DNA of 64,000 bases from Acidimicrobiia bacterium (GCA_012959995.1 DUCC01000020.1:13744-77743); one strand, 5' to 3'; numbered from the stretch's first letter, positions 19,624 to 29,279 are shown. Translations and numbers: made by a program. The notes: generated by a model not told the origin, from the letters alone.

Positions 19624-21390
19624 TTAAGTGGGTTGGCCTGAGCGTCGAAAACGTAATCGCTCGGGGTAAGGATAAAACTCTGGAAGATCTTTTTGCGCTA
19701 GTCGCTCTTGAAGCCCCGACCAAAATTCGGGGGTAAAAAGTTCACCGTGAACGGTTTGGAATCGTTCCCAAATTTCGGGAGCCACCCGAGAGGGAAAAGA
19801 CATGAAGGTGGGGAACTGTTCGGGAAAAACGTCACCCGGTTCTATAGCGAACCAGGGTTGAGAACGCATTTCATCTTCGTAACTTTGGCTTTGCGGCAAA
19901 GTACGAAAGCGGCAATCTTCTAGCAACTCGATTTCGTCGTAGTCGTAGAACACCACGTTGCCGTGGCGGGTTACGCCAAAGTTTTTTGTAAAAAGGTCGC
20001 CGGGCCAAATATTGGCCGCCGCCAAGTCTTTGATAGCCGCACCCCAGTCCAAGGCCGCTGCTTCGGCTCGGTCGGTAGACATTTCTTGAAGGTAAAGGTT
20101 TAGCGGGTAAACCTGACGCTCGGTGTAGAGATGCGAAACCACTACCTGGTCGCCCTCAAGTCGAACCGTTTGGCTGGCTTCGCTTAGTAGTTCTTCTAAA
20201 AGTTCGGGGTCAAAGCGATCGGCGTCAAAAGAAAGGTTCTCGAACTCTTGGGCATCGACCATTCGGCCTACCCGGTCGTGGTGGTAGACCAGTTGGTAGC
20301 AGTCTCGAATGGCCTGACGCGTAGTGTTTTTTGGTGGATCAAAATGGTCTTTGATGACTTTAAAAACCACGTTGAAAGAAACCAATGTAAACACTGTCAT
20401 GACCATGCCGGGTGTGCCACGAGCTCGGACAAACTTGTCGTTGGAGTTTTGTAAATTTCGGTAAAGCGCTCGGTACAAACTGGTTTTGCCGTGTTGGTTA
20501 AAACCTAAAGCGGTGTAAATCTCTGAAATAGATTTCAAAGGCAACATGGTTTTGACAAAACCGACCAATTCAGATGGTTTGGGCCATTCCACAAAAAAGT
20601 AAGACCGGGTGAAGCTGAAGAGACGACTGGCTTGCGATTCGGTCAGCAAAACGGTGTCGACCAGAAGGCCTTGGTCGCTTTGAACAATGGGAATAACGAT
20701 GGGGGTGACTCGATTCATGTAGCGCAAGCGGCCCACCAGGTAGGCGCCTTTGTTGCGGTAGAAAACTGGTTGCAACATGTCGATGCCGTCGAGGTCAAGG
20801 TTGTCCCAAGCGTCGAGCAAAAAGGCATCCAAGCGGGCGGCGACCCTTCGTGCATCGGCATCGAGATCTGCCCAGGGGGCGTCAAAGCCGTAGGAGTTCA
20901 GGATTGACCGCATCATGGCCGCCGAGTCACGGGTGCGCGTCCAAGTGGTGATGGGGCTGGCATCGCCTTTGCTGCGCGGCAGGGTGGAGGCCCCAAACCA
21001 CCGAAGCTCTACGTCGTTGTCAATACCGATGGTAGTAAACACTCGGCGAGTCACTGAGTTGAAAAAGGTTTCTGAAAGGTCCAAGTCGGAGCGTTGGGCG
21101 ATGCGGCGACGATAACGCAAACGGACGGCCCGCCATGTTCCGCGCTGGTCGGGCAAAGGCCGCAATGTTTTGGTTATAAGGCCCACTGTTGTTTGAACTT
21201 GAGCGGTGTGCAAGGCGAGCCTTTGGACGGCGTCTTGGTCTTGCTGGGCCCATTCCTGTTGTTGAAAGTGCTTGCCTGCTCGGTGGGTGATTTCTTGAAA
21301 CTCGGTTATGTAACGGACGTAGCCGTCGAAAACAGCATCGGAGATCCAGGTTTCGATGGCCTCGGGGTTATCGAGGAGCTGCTCATTCAT
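19624..21390 (-). CDS. aceK: Bifunctional isocitrate dehydrogenase kinase/phosphatase
   Basis: SETFFNSV, FYRNKGAYLVG, GMVM..F, VFKVIKD, HDRVGRMVDAQEF, WPGDL..KNFGVTRHGNVVFYDYDEI. Confidence 0.95.
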   Translation of the reverse strand: MNEQLLDNPEAIETWISDAVFDGYVRYITEFQEITHRAGKHFQQQEWAQQDQDAVQRLALHTAQVQTTVGLITKTLRPLPDQRGTWRAVRLRYRRRIAQRSDLDLSETFFNSVTRRVFTTIGIDNDVELRWFGASTLPRSKGDASPITTWTRTRDSAAMMRSILNSYGFDAPWADLDADARRVAARLDAFLLDAWDNLDLDGIDMLQPVFYRNKGAYLVGRLRYMNRVTPIVIPIVQSDQGLLVDTVLLTESQASRLFSFTRSYFFVEWPKPSELVGFVKTMLPLKSISEIYTALGFNQHGKTSLYRALYRNLQNSNDKFVRARGTPGMVMTVFTLVSFNVVFKVIKDHFDPPKNTTRQAIRDCYQLVYHHDRVGRMVDAQEFENLSFDADRFDPELLEELLSEASQTVRLEGDQVVVSHLYTERQVYPLNLYLQEMSTDRAEAAALDWGAAIKDLAAANIWPGDLFTKNFGVTRHGNVVFYDYDEIELLEDCRFRTLPQSQSYEDEMRSQPWFAIEPGDVFPEQFPTFMSFPSRVAPEIWERFQTVHGELFTPEFWSGLQERLAQKDLPEFYPYPERLRFRRSGQPT

Positions 21391-21447
21391 TTTTATCTCC
21401 TCGTGGGGAACATGGTTAACGCTAGGCGGGTACTAGCGTTACTCAAC

Positions 21448-22620
21448 ATGAACACACTTAACGTACCTAAAACTCGGTTCCCTGGTTTGTCTAACGGTTG
21501 GGCTCGCTTTGATGGCCCGGCCGGCACCCAAATGGTTGATTCATCTATCGAAGCCATGGCCGATTGGCAACGGAGCGGCAACAACGCCAACACCCATGGG
21601 TCGTTTCCGGCGGCACAAGCTTGTGACGATTTGGTTGATGAGGTGAGCGCTACCATGGCCCAACTTTTAGGGGCTGATGCGGAGGGCATGATTTTTGGGC
21701 CCAGCACTACCTCAAACTTAATGTCGCTTACACGGGCTATTGGGGCCACGTTGCGCCCGGGCGATGAGATTATTTGCACTACTTTGGACCACGATGCCAA
21801 CGTGGCGCCGTGGTTGCTGGCCGCTGCGGATGCCGGGGCGGTGGTGCGTATGGCTGAATTTGATGGTGCCACTGGGCGGTTGGCGCCTCAAGCAGTGGGT
21901 GATTTGTTGACCGACCGCACTCGTTGGGTGGCGGTGACCGGCGGGTCTAACGCCATTGGCACCATGCCCGACATTGCGGCCATTACGGATTTGGCTCATG
22001 CCGCAGGGGCCTTGGTGGCCGTAGATGGTGTGCATAGGACCCCGCACCGGGTGACCGATGTAGGGGCCATTGGTTGTGATGCTTACGCCACTTCGCCTTA
22101 TAAGTGGTATGGCCCGCATGCTGGGGTGTTATGGCTAAGCCCAGAATTACGTGATGTGTTGCCGGCTTACAAGGTGCGCCCGGCTCCTGAGACTGGTGGC
22201 GGGCGTTGGCAGCACGGCACCCCTTCGTACGAAACGCTGGCCGGCATTAATGCAGCAGCCCAGTTTTTGTTGACTACCGGCATGGACAATATTGCTGCGC
22301 ATGAAAACCAGGTTTTCGCTCGATTGGTGGGTGGTTTATACGACCTGCCGGGGGTGCGGGTTTTGGGTTCCACCGGCCCTGATGATCTCGCGGAGCGGGC
22401 GCCTACTTTGATGTTGATGGTGGAAGGCCAAGCACCACTTTCGGTCGCTGAGCATTTAGCGAGGGCCCAGGTGGCGGTATGGGACGGACACAACTATGCG
22501 GTGGGTGCGATGGAACCCTTGGGCTTGCACCACGAAGAGGGTGCGGTGCGTGCCGGGGTTACCGCTTACATCACCGATCAAGATGTTGACCGGCTTTTGT
22601 CTGCGGTAGCAAGCCTTTAA
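21448..22620 (+). CDS. Cysteine desulfurase-like class V PLP enzyme lacking the SufS catalytic Cys
   Basis: FDGPAGTQ, LDHDANVAPW, VDGVH, SPYKWYGPH (PLP Lys), GTP. DGHNYA stands where SufS has AGHHCA. Start at ATG 21448. Confidence 0.85.
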   Translation: MNTLNVPKTRFPGLSNGWARFDGPAGTQMVDSSIEAMADWQRSGNNANTHGSFPAAQACDDLVDEVSATMAQLLGADAEGMIFGPSTTSNLMSLTRAIGATLRPGDEIICTTLDHDANVAPWLLAAADAGAVVRMAEFDGATGRLAPQAVGDLLTDRTRWVAVTGGSNAIGTMPDIAAITDLAHAAGALVAVDGVHRTPHRVTDVGAIGCDAYATSPYKWYGPHAGVLWLSPELRDVLPAYKVRPAPETGGGRWQHGTPSYETLAGINAAAQFLLTTGMDNIAAHENQVFARLVGGLYDLPGVRVLGSTGPDDLAERAPTLMLMVEGQAPLSVAEHLARAQVAVWDGHNYAVGAMEPLGLHHEEGAVRAGVTAYITDQDVDRLLSAVASL

Positions 22621-22696
22621 CCAAAACCCCGTTGGAGCGAGGGTCATTATCGGGCGGGCAAAGTAGTTTAGGGTCTTAAGGGACAGGAGGTGAGCA

Positions 22697-23725
22697 ATGA
22701 CAAGACGACTAACCCAATACAGTCACGGCGCTGGTTGAGGCTGCAAGCTTGCTCCTGGTGAGCTGGCGCACGTGGTGCGTCAATTAACCCCGATAGACAA
22801 CCCGAACCTTTTAGTGGGTGCGGCCACTGGTGATGATGCTGCGGTGTGGCGTCTTGATGACGAACGCTCCCTGGTGGTTACTGCAGATTTCATTACCCCG
22901 GTGGTCGATGAAGCGCGCCTTTGGGGCCAAGTAGCGGCCGCTAATGCGGTGTCTGATGTTTACGCCATGGGTGGCCGTCCATTGTTAGCTTTGAACCTGG
23001 TGTGCTGGAACACCGAAGAACTTTCTAACGATTTGTTGGCTGAAGTTTTGTTGGGTGCTCAAGACATTGCGCAACAGGCCGGCTTTGTTATTGCTGGCGG
23101 ACACACCGTTGATGACCCGGAACCGAAGTTTGGTTTAGCCGTGGTGGGGGAGGCACACCCGGATCACCTGTTAACCAATGCTGGTTTTAAAGTTGGGCAA
23201 AAATTGATTTTGAGCAAACCGTTGGGTATCGGAGTTATCACAACGGCCATCAAAGCCGGTACGGCGCCCCCTGAGGTGGTGGATGCTGCCATGGCTTCCA
23301 TGGTGCGTTTGAATGCGGATGCTGCCACGGTGGCTTTGGCGGCCGGTGCCACCGGGGCCACTGATATTACGGGGTTTGGTTTGTTGGGTCATTTAGGACG
23401 GGCGGTCCAGGAGTCGCAGGTTTCGGCCGAAATCGAAGTGGCCGCTGTGCCCATGTTGGGCGGTACTCGAGCGCTGGCCGAAGCGGGCACCATGCCCGGG
23501 GGGAGCCGCCGTAATTTGGCTTGGGTAGAAGAACGCCTGGACCGGGGCGGTTTTTCTGACCTTGAGGTGCTTTTGCTGGCCGATGCGCAGACTTCTGGCG
23601 GGCTGCTCTTTGGGGTTGAAGATGCTGCGGTTTCCGAGACCATGAGTGATTTGGAAGAATCGGGTCATCAGGCGGCGGTTATCGGAACGGTTGTTGAAGG
23701 CCTCGGCCAGATTGCTTTGCGCTAG
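22697..23725 (+). CDS. selD: Selenide, water dikinase (selenophosphate synthetase), selenocysteine-containing
   Basis: AGGAGG RBS at 22685-22690, then ATG 22697 reads MTRRLTQYSHGAG-TGA(22736-22738)-GCKLAPGEL in frame with the track ORF. DDAAV, DFITP, NAVSDVYAMGG, GGHT, DITGFGLLGH, DAQTSGGLL. Confidence 0.94.
22747..22767 (+). promoter_or_regulatory. Candidate bacterial SECIS hairpin
   Basis: GCU-U-GCUC-[CUGGU]-GAGC-U-GGC. The upper stem starts 12 nt after the UGA and has a G-containing apical loop. Folded by eye. Confidence 0.65.
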
Positions 23726-23790
23726 TTCTTGCTCAATGCTTGGGTCGGCCTTGGTCGGTGCGACACTAGAAGCAACGAGGAGCGAACCAG

Positions 23791-25398
23791 ATGAGTGACC
23801 AACCAGGGGAATGGGCGCCAGAGCTTGAAGAACTGCGGGCTCGCGAGGCTTTGGCTGAGCAAATGGGCGGCCAAGAAAAAGTTGCCCGCCAGCATGACCG
23901 GGGCAAAAAAGATGTGCGTCAACGCATCGACTTGTTACTGGATGAGGGTTCGTTTCATGAGATCGGCAAAATTGCTGGACGGCCTACGTATGACGCCGAC
24001 GCCCAACTGGTTGATTTGCAACCGGCGAACTTTATTTTTGGTCGAGGGCGAATTGATAAGCGCCCCGTGGTGGTGGCGGGCGACGATTTCACGGTGCGGG
24101 GCGGAGCAGCCGATGCGTCAATCCCCGCTAAGCAGATAGCGGCTGAGCAAATGGCCGGCGAGCTTCGTTTGCCTATCGTTCGCCTCATAGACGGCACAGG
24201 CGGCGGTGGGTCGGTCAAGAGTTTGGACTCCGATCCAAAGAAGAAACGGGAAACAACTGGTGGCTATGGCGGGGGAGCCCGCACTTATGTGCCTTACGTG
24301 CCGGGTTGGGAACACGCCGTAACGAACCTTTCTACGGTGCCGGTGGTGGCGCTGGCTTTAGGTCCGGTGGCTGGTTTAGGGGCAGCCCGCATGGTGACCA
24401 GCCATTATTCGGTCATGGTGAAAGGGTTGTCGCAAATGTTTGTGGCTGGCCCGCCGGTGGTTAACCGTTTGGGGGGCGAACAGGTTGATAAAGAAAGCCT
24501 GGGGGGAAGCCGCCTGCAAACCCGCAGTGGAGCGATTGATGATGAGGTGGCTAGCGAAGAAGAGGCTTTTGAGCGGGCTCGCCAGTTTTTGTCTTATCTG
24601 CCTTCTTCGGTGTATGATTTGCCGGCTCGTGGCGAAGTTGCCGACGACCCGGACCGCACCGACGAGGCGTTGTTGAGTGTGGTGCCTCGGGACCGGCGCA
24701 AGGTGTATCAGGTGCGTACGGTTATTAACTCGGTGGTTGATCAGGGCACTTTTTTTGAGATGGGAAAAAACTTTGGCCGCTCGGCGGTGACCGGTTTTGC
24801 TCGTTTGGATGGTTGGCCGGTGGCGGTGTTGGCTGGGGATTCTTTTCACTATGGCGGCAGTTGGACTGCTGATGCGGCGCAAAAGGTCGTTCGCTTTGTG
24901 GATTTAGCCGAGACTTTTCATTTGCCGGTGGTGCATCTGGTAGATAATCCGGGCTTTTTGATTGGCACGGAATCGGAGCAAGCGGCCACCATTCGTCATG
25001 GGGCGCGGGCTATGGCTGCTATTTATGAGGCTTCGGTGCCGTGGTGTTCGATTTTGTTGCGCAAGGTCTTTGGGGTGGCCGGGGCTGCACATTCGCCGGC
25101 TCATCGATTCCAATATCGTTATGCTTGGCCCTCGGGGGATTGGGGCTCGTTGCCGGTGGAGGGCGGGGTGGAAGCCGCTTACCGTTCTGATTTGGAGGCT
25201 TCGGATGACCCGGAAGCATTGTTGTTGGAGATCACCGATCGTCTTAATGCGGTGCGTTCGCCGTTTCGTACCGCTGAGGGTTTTTTGGTCGAGGAGATTA
25301 TTGACCCGCGTGAAACCCGCCCGTTGCTTTGTGAGTTCGCTAACTTGGCCGCTCCATTGCGTACCGCTGGTCCGGCGAGGTATCCCTATCGGCCGTAG
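23791..25398 (+). CDS. Acyl-CoA carboxylase, carboxyltransferase subunit
   Basis: DDFTVRGGA, GPVAGLGA, MFVAGPPVV, GFARLDG, VDNPGF, IIDPRETR. Confidence 0.9.
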   Translation: MSDQPGEWAPELEELRAREALAEQMGGQEKVARQHDRGKKDVRQRIDLLLDEGSFHEIGKIAGRPTYDADAQLVDLQPANFIFGRGRIDKRPVVVAGDDFTVRGGAADASIPAKQIAAEQMAGELRLPIVRLIDGTGGGGSVKSLDSDPKKKRETTGGYGGGARTYVPYVPGWEHAVTNLSTVPVVALALGPVAGLGAARMVTSHYSVMVKGLSQMFVAGPPVVNRLGGEQVDKESLGGSRLQTRSGAIDDEVASEEEAFERARQFLSYLPSSVYDLPARGEVADDPDRTDEALLSVVPRDRRKVYQVRTVINSVVDQGTFFEMGKNFGRSAVTGFARLDGWPVAVLAGDSFHYGGSWTADAAQKVVRFVDLAETFHLPVVHLVDNPGFLIGTESEQAATIRHGARAMAAIYEASVPWCSILLRKVFGVAGAAHSPAHRFQYRYAWPSGDWGSLPVEGGVEAAYRSDLEASDDPEALLLEITDRLNAVRSPFRTAEGFLVEEIIDPRETRPLLCEFANLAAPLRTAGPARYPYRP

Positions 25399-25427
25399 GC
25401 CAGTAGCGGGTCGGCCTTAGGTCGTAA

Positions 25428-25652
25428 TTAAGCGGTTTCGATTACCGCAACGATGTCGTCTTCGGAAACCATGTCGCCTTCGTTGACCTTTAGCTCGGTC
25501 AGTGTTCCGCTGGCTGGGGCTTCTATGGGGATTTCCATTTTCATGGCTTCGACAATGAGTAGGGTTTGTCCTTGGGTAACGGAGTCGCCGGTTGAAGTAA
25601 GGATTTTCCAGATGGTTCCGGTTACCGGCGTTTCGGTGTCTATTTTGGCCAT
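25428..25652 (-). CDS. Stand-alone biotin carboxyl carrier protein
   Basis: EAMKME biotinylation motif, 74 aa. Confidence 0.92.
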   Translation of the reverse strand: MAKIDTETPVTGTIWKILTSTGDSVTQGQTLLIVEAMKMEIPIEAPASGTLTELKVNEGDMVSEDDIVAVIETA

Positions 25653-25704
25653 GGGCTAGTTCACCTCATGGGGGGAGTTAATGCCACACCGGGCAGGCTG
25701 CAGC

Positions 25705-26246
25705 ATGTCTTGCCCTACTATAGAAACCGAACGCTTGCTTTTGGGGCCGTTTGTGGAGTCCGACACGGACGCTTTTTTTGCCATAATGGACACCCCCGAG
25801 GTATGGGATTGGTTGCGTTTGACGGATTCTTTTAACCGGGCGGCGGCTTGGTCGTCTCTGGCATTTTTTTGGGTCAGTGGGAGTTGCGGGGCACCGGCAA
25901 CTGGGCGTTAGAAGAAAAAGCAACTGGCCGCTTGATTGGTCGAGCGGGCACTCATCGCCCTGAGTATGAGGATTGGCCGGGGGTAGAAATCGGTTGGGCT
26001 CTCCATCCTGAAGTGTGGGGTCAAGGTTTTGCTACAGAAGCCGGTCAGGTGGCGAAGGATTATGGTTTTGAGGTGCTGGGCGAAAAGGAACTGTTCAGCT
26101 GCATTTTGCCCAGCAATCACCGCTCGCAAGCAGTGGCCCAACGTTTAGGTTTCACCTTTCTTGAAGAACGGGTGCTTTCACATTTCCCTCAAGAGCCCCA
26201 CGGCATTTGGTCCTGCCGCAGTCACGTGGGGTCAGACCCTACGTGA
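25705..26246 (+). pseudogene. RimJ/RimL-type GNAT acetyltransferase, frameshifted in a T7 run
   Basis: IETERLLL N-terminus and EIGWALHPEVWGQGFATE C-terminus are in different frames. One extra T in the run at 25864-25870 joins them. Confidence 0.8.
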
Positions 26247-26247
26247 C
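26221..26247. repeat. REP-like palindrome with GTC-W-GAC core
   Basis: GTCACGT-GGGGTC-A-GACCCT-ACGTGAC over the GNAT stop, between convergent genes. Confidence 0.6.
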
Positions 26248-26252
26248 GGCGA

Positions 26253-27194
26253 TTAAGCCAGTAGTTGGTTGACGATTTGCTGGGCGAGTTTTGCGGGCGA
26301 GGTGTTGGTGGTGATGGTTTCGGCGGCCAGTGCGTTTTTTGCCGCGGCCTGGAGTTTTTGTTCGATGCGGCTTAAAACTTCGTAACGGACGCGTGCTTGG
26401 CGGCGTGCTTCGAGTTGGCCGGTGTTTTTTAGGTGTTGCAAATGGAGGGTTATGGCAGTCCAGGTTTCGGCTATGCCGTCGCCGGTGGTGGCGGTGGCCA
26501 TGATGATTGGTGGACGGTAACCGGTGGGGTCTTCTTGGCCGCTGACGTGGCTGAGCTCTAACATGAGTTCAAGGTCACGGCGGGTGTCTTGGGCGCCGGG
26601 CCGGTCGGCTTTGTTGATGACAAAAACGTCGGCAACCTCTAGTAGGCCTGCTTTGTTGGCTTGTACAGCATCGCCCCAACCGGGGTTGATCACCACCACC
26701 GTGGTGTCGGCGGCCGCTGCTACGTCTACTTCGACTTGCCCTACGCCGACCGTTTCTATGATCACCGGGTGGTAGCCCGCAGCGGAGAACACCCGCATGC
26801 TGCCCGGTACTGAAAGGGCGAGGCCTCCTTGGTGGCCGCGGGTAGCGGCGGAACGTATAAAGGCTTGGCCTGCGTTGAGGTGATCCATGCGTATGCGGTC
26901 GCCCAAGATAGCGCCACCGGTCAGCGGTGAAGAAGGGTCTACTGCCAAAACTGCGGGGGCTTGGTTTTGTCGGCAGAGGTGGTGGACGAGTTGTCCGATG
27001 AGGGTAGATTTTCCTGCTCCGGGGGCACCGGTGAAACCGACTACGTGGGCTGATGGTTTTTGGTGGGTGAGGCTGGTAACGGTGTCGGCTAAGACACCGC
27101 CTTGTTCAACCACGCTGAGTAAGCGTCCTACGGCACGACGGTTTCCTTCGCTGGCTAAGGCCACCAATTGAGGGAGGTCAAGGGTATCACTCAC
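26253..27194 (-). CDS. meaB: Cobalamin-mutase-associated G3E GTPase chaperone
   Basis: GAPGAGKST, AVDPSSPLTGGAILGDRIRM, ETVGVGQ, QANKAGLLE, NKAD. Confidence 0.93.
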   Translation of the reverse strand: MSDTLDLPQLVALASEGNRRAVGRLLSVVEQGGVLADTVTSLTHQKPSAHVVGFTGAPGAGKSTLIGQLVHHLCRQNQAPAVLAVDPSSPLTGGAILGDRIRMDHLNAGQAFIRSAATRGHQGGLALSVPGSMRVFSAAGYHPVIIETVGVGQVEVDVAAAADTTVVVINPGWGDAVQANKAGLLEVADVFVINKADRPGAQDTRRDLELMLELSHVSGQEDPTGYRPPIIMATATTGDGIAETWTAITLHLQHLKNTGQLEARRQARVRYEVLSRIEQKLQAAAKNALAAETITTNTSPAKLAQQIVNQLLA

Positions 27195-27586
27195 TGGTTG
27201 ACCGCTTGGCGAACGGCGGCCACTACTTCTTCGGCGGGGGCGCCGGGGCCCAAAACGGCGGCCACACCGGCGGTAGTTAGTTGAGCAACGTCTTGGTCGG
27301 GGATAATCCCACCGATAATGACCGGGGTAGTAAGCCCGGCTTTTTCTAAGGCGGCCAGCAGGGCGGGGGCCAAGGTGAGGTGGCCGGCGTTGTGCATAGA
27401 GAGACCAATAGCGTCGGCATCTTCTTGTTCAATGGCGGCGATGATGTCGTCGGTAGTTTGGCGAATCCCTAAGTAAATGACCTCCATGCCGGCATCGCGC
27501 AAGATGCGGGCCACTACTTTGATGCCGCGGTCGTGGCCGTCGAGGCCCAGTTTGGCTAAAACGATGCGGATGGTGGAGTTTTCCAT
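27191..27586 (-). CDS. Cobalamin-binding small subunit of acyl-CoA mutase (IcmB-like)
   Basis: GLDGHDRG (DxHxxG), IGLSM, IGG. Confidence 0.92.
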   Translation of the reverse strand: MENSTIRIVLAKLGLDGHDRGIKVVARILRDAGMEVIYLGIRQTTDDIIAAIEQEDADAIGLSMHNAGHLTLAPALLAALEKAGLTTPVIIGGIIPDQDVAQLTTAGVAAVLGPGAPAEEVVAAVRQAVNQ

Positions 27587-27595
27587 AAGGGTTCC

Positions 27596-29224
27596 TTAGA
27601 CGATGGCTTGTTCGACGTAGGTGCCGAATTCTTTTTCCATGGCTTGAGATATTTCTTCTACCGTGGCGTAAACCCTCACTGCATCAAGAATGCTGGGCAT
27701 AAGGTTGCAGGCGGGGTCAGCGGCGGTGTCGGTTACTTTTTGCAGTGCTTCGTTTACTTGTTGAGCATTGCGTCGGGTTTTAATGTTCGTCAAGCGTTGA
27801 CGTTGAGCGGTTTCGGTTTCCTCTTCGATGCGCATGAGGTGAGGATTGTCGTCTTGGTTGCCTTCGGTAAAGGCATTGACTCCGACAATGGTGCGTCGGC
27901 CGGCGTTTACTTCTCGTTCAAAGCGGTAAGCCGAGTCGGCTATTTGACCCACGAAGTAACCGTTTTCGATTCCGGCGTAGACCCCTTCAAGTATTGAACC
28001 GTTGCCCAGGTCGTCAAGGTAGGTGAAGATTTCTTCGGCTTGGCGCTCCATTTCGTCGGTCATCCATTCCACGTAGGGTGAGCCACCGAGAGGGTCGGCT
28101 ACGTTGGCTGCCCCGGTTTCGTGGGCAATGATTTGTTGGGTGCGAAGGGCGATGCGCGCCGCCTTTTCGGTGGGTAAAGCGAGGGCTTCGTCGAAACTAT
28201 CGGTGTGCAGGCTTTGGGTGCCGCCCAGCACGCCGGCTAAAGCTTGTAATGCCACTCGGGCAATGTTGATTTCGGGTTGGTTGGCGGTGAGCGATACCCC
28301 GGCGGTTTGGGTATGGAAGCGGCACATCATGGCTCGTTGATCGGTGGCGCCATAGCGATCCTGCATCCAGCGTGCCCAAATGCGGCGGGCGGCTCGGAGT
28401 TTGCCGACCTCTTCAAAAAAGTCAATGTGGGAGTTGAAGAAGAAGCTCAGGCGGCGGCCAAACTCGTTGATGTCTTGCCCCTGGGCCAGGGCGGCTTCTA
28501 CGTAGGCGAAACCATTGGCCAGGGTGAAGGCAAGTTCTTGGGCGGCCGTGGAGCCGGCTTCTCGAATGTGGTAACCGGAGATAGAAACAGGGTGCCATCG
28601 GGGGAGGTGCTGCGTGGTGTAGTTGACCATGTCGGTGACGATGCGCATGGAAGGTCGGGGCGGGTAGATGTATTCTTTTTGCGCTTGGTATTCCTTCAAA
28701 ATGTCGTTTTGGATGGTGCCCGCGAGTTGGTTGCTGGCTACCCCGTTTTTTTCGGCCACCACGATGTACATGGCTAACAAGATGGCCGCTGGCCCGTTGA
28801 TAGTCATGGAGGTTGAGACTTCGCTGAGGTCAATGTCGGCAAACAGGTCTTCCATATCGGCCAGGGTGTCGATGGCTACCCCGGCTCGGCCGACTTCGCC
28901 TAAGGCCCACGAACTGTCGGAGTCGCGGCCCATGAGGGTGGGCATGTCGAAAGCGGTGGAGAGCCCGGTGCCGCCGTGGGCGAGGAGTTCTTTGAATCGT
29001 TGGTTGGTGTCTTGGGCGGTACCGAACCCGGCGAACATGCGCATGGTCCATAGACGAGAGCGGTAGCCGCCGGCGTGGAGACCTCGGGTGTAAGGAAATT
29101 GGCCAGGAAAAGGCGCCTCGCCGTAGACCGGGTCAACGGGCACACCGGACATGGTTTCAAAATCTTCTTGACGCAGGGGGAGGTTTTGGTAGGCCTCTTC
29201 CCAGTCTTGTTGTGGTGTGGTCAT
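27596..29224 (-). CDS. icmA: Acyl-CoA mutase large subunit, isobutyryl-CoA mutase type
   Basis: PYTRG..GYR..WTMRMFAGFG, LKEYQAQKEY, ISGYHIREAG. Phe and Gln at the specificity positions rather than Tyr and Arg. Confidence 0.75.
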   Translation of the reverse strand: MTTPQQDWEEAYQNLPLRQEDFETMSGVPVDPVYGEAPFPGQFPYTRGLHAGGYRSRLWTMRMFAGFGTAQDTNQRFKELLAHGGTGLSTAFDMPTLMGRDSDSSWALGEVGRAGVAIDTLADMEDLFADIDLSEVSTSMTINGPAAILLAMYIVVAEKNGVASNQLAGTIQNDILKEYQAQKEYIYPPRPSMRIVTDMVNYTTQHLPRWHPVSISGYHIREAGSTAAQELAFTLANGFAYVEAALAQGQDINEFGRRLSFFFNSHIDFFEEVGKLRAARRIWARWMQDRYGATDQRAMMCRFHTQTAGVSLTANQPEINIARVALQALAGVLGGTQSLHTDSFDEALALPTEKAARIALRTQQIIAHETGAANVADPLGGSPYVEWMTDEMERQAEEIFTYLDDLGNGSILEGVYAGIENGYFVGQIADSAYRFEREVNAGRRTIVGVNAFTEGNQDDNPHLMRIEEETETAQRQRLTNIKTRRNAQQVNEALQKVTDTAADPACNLMPSILDAVRVYATVEEISQAMEKEFGTYVEQAIV

Positions 29225-29279
29225 GTGAGGTGCTTTGGCTAGATACTTTGACGTTCAACTATTTTGCTACCCTAACCTT

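Noticed and set aside
21448-22620. Second SufS cysteine desulfurase
   Set aside because: Catalytic Cys absent, and a canonical sufS exists at 35748-36980.
27596-29224. Methylmalonyl-CoA mutase
   Set aside because: Phe/Gln rather than Tyr/Arg at the specificity positions.
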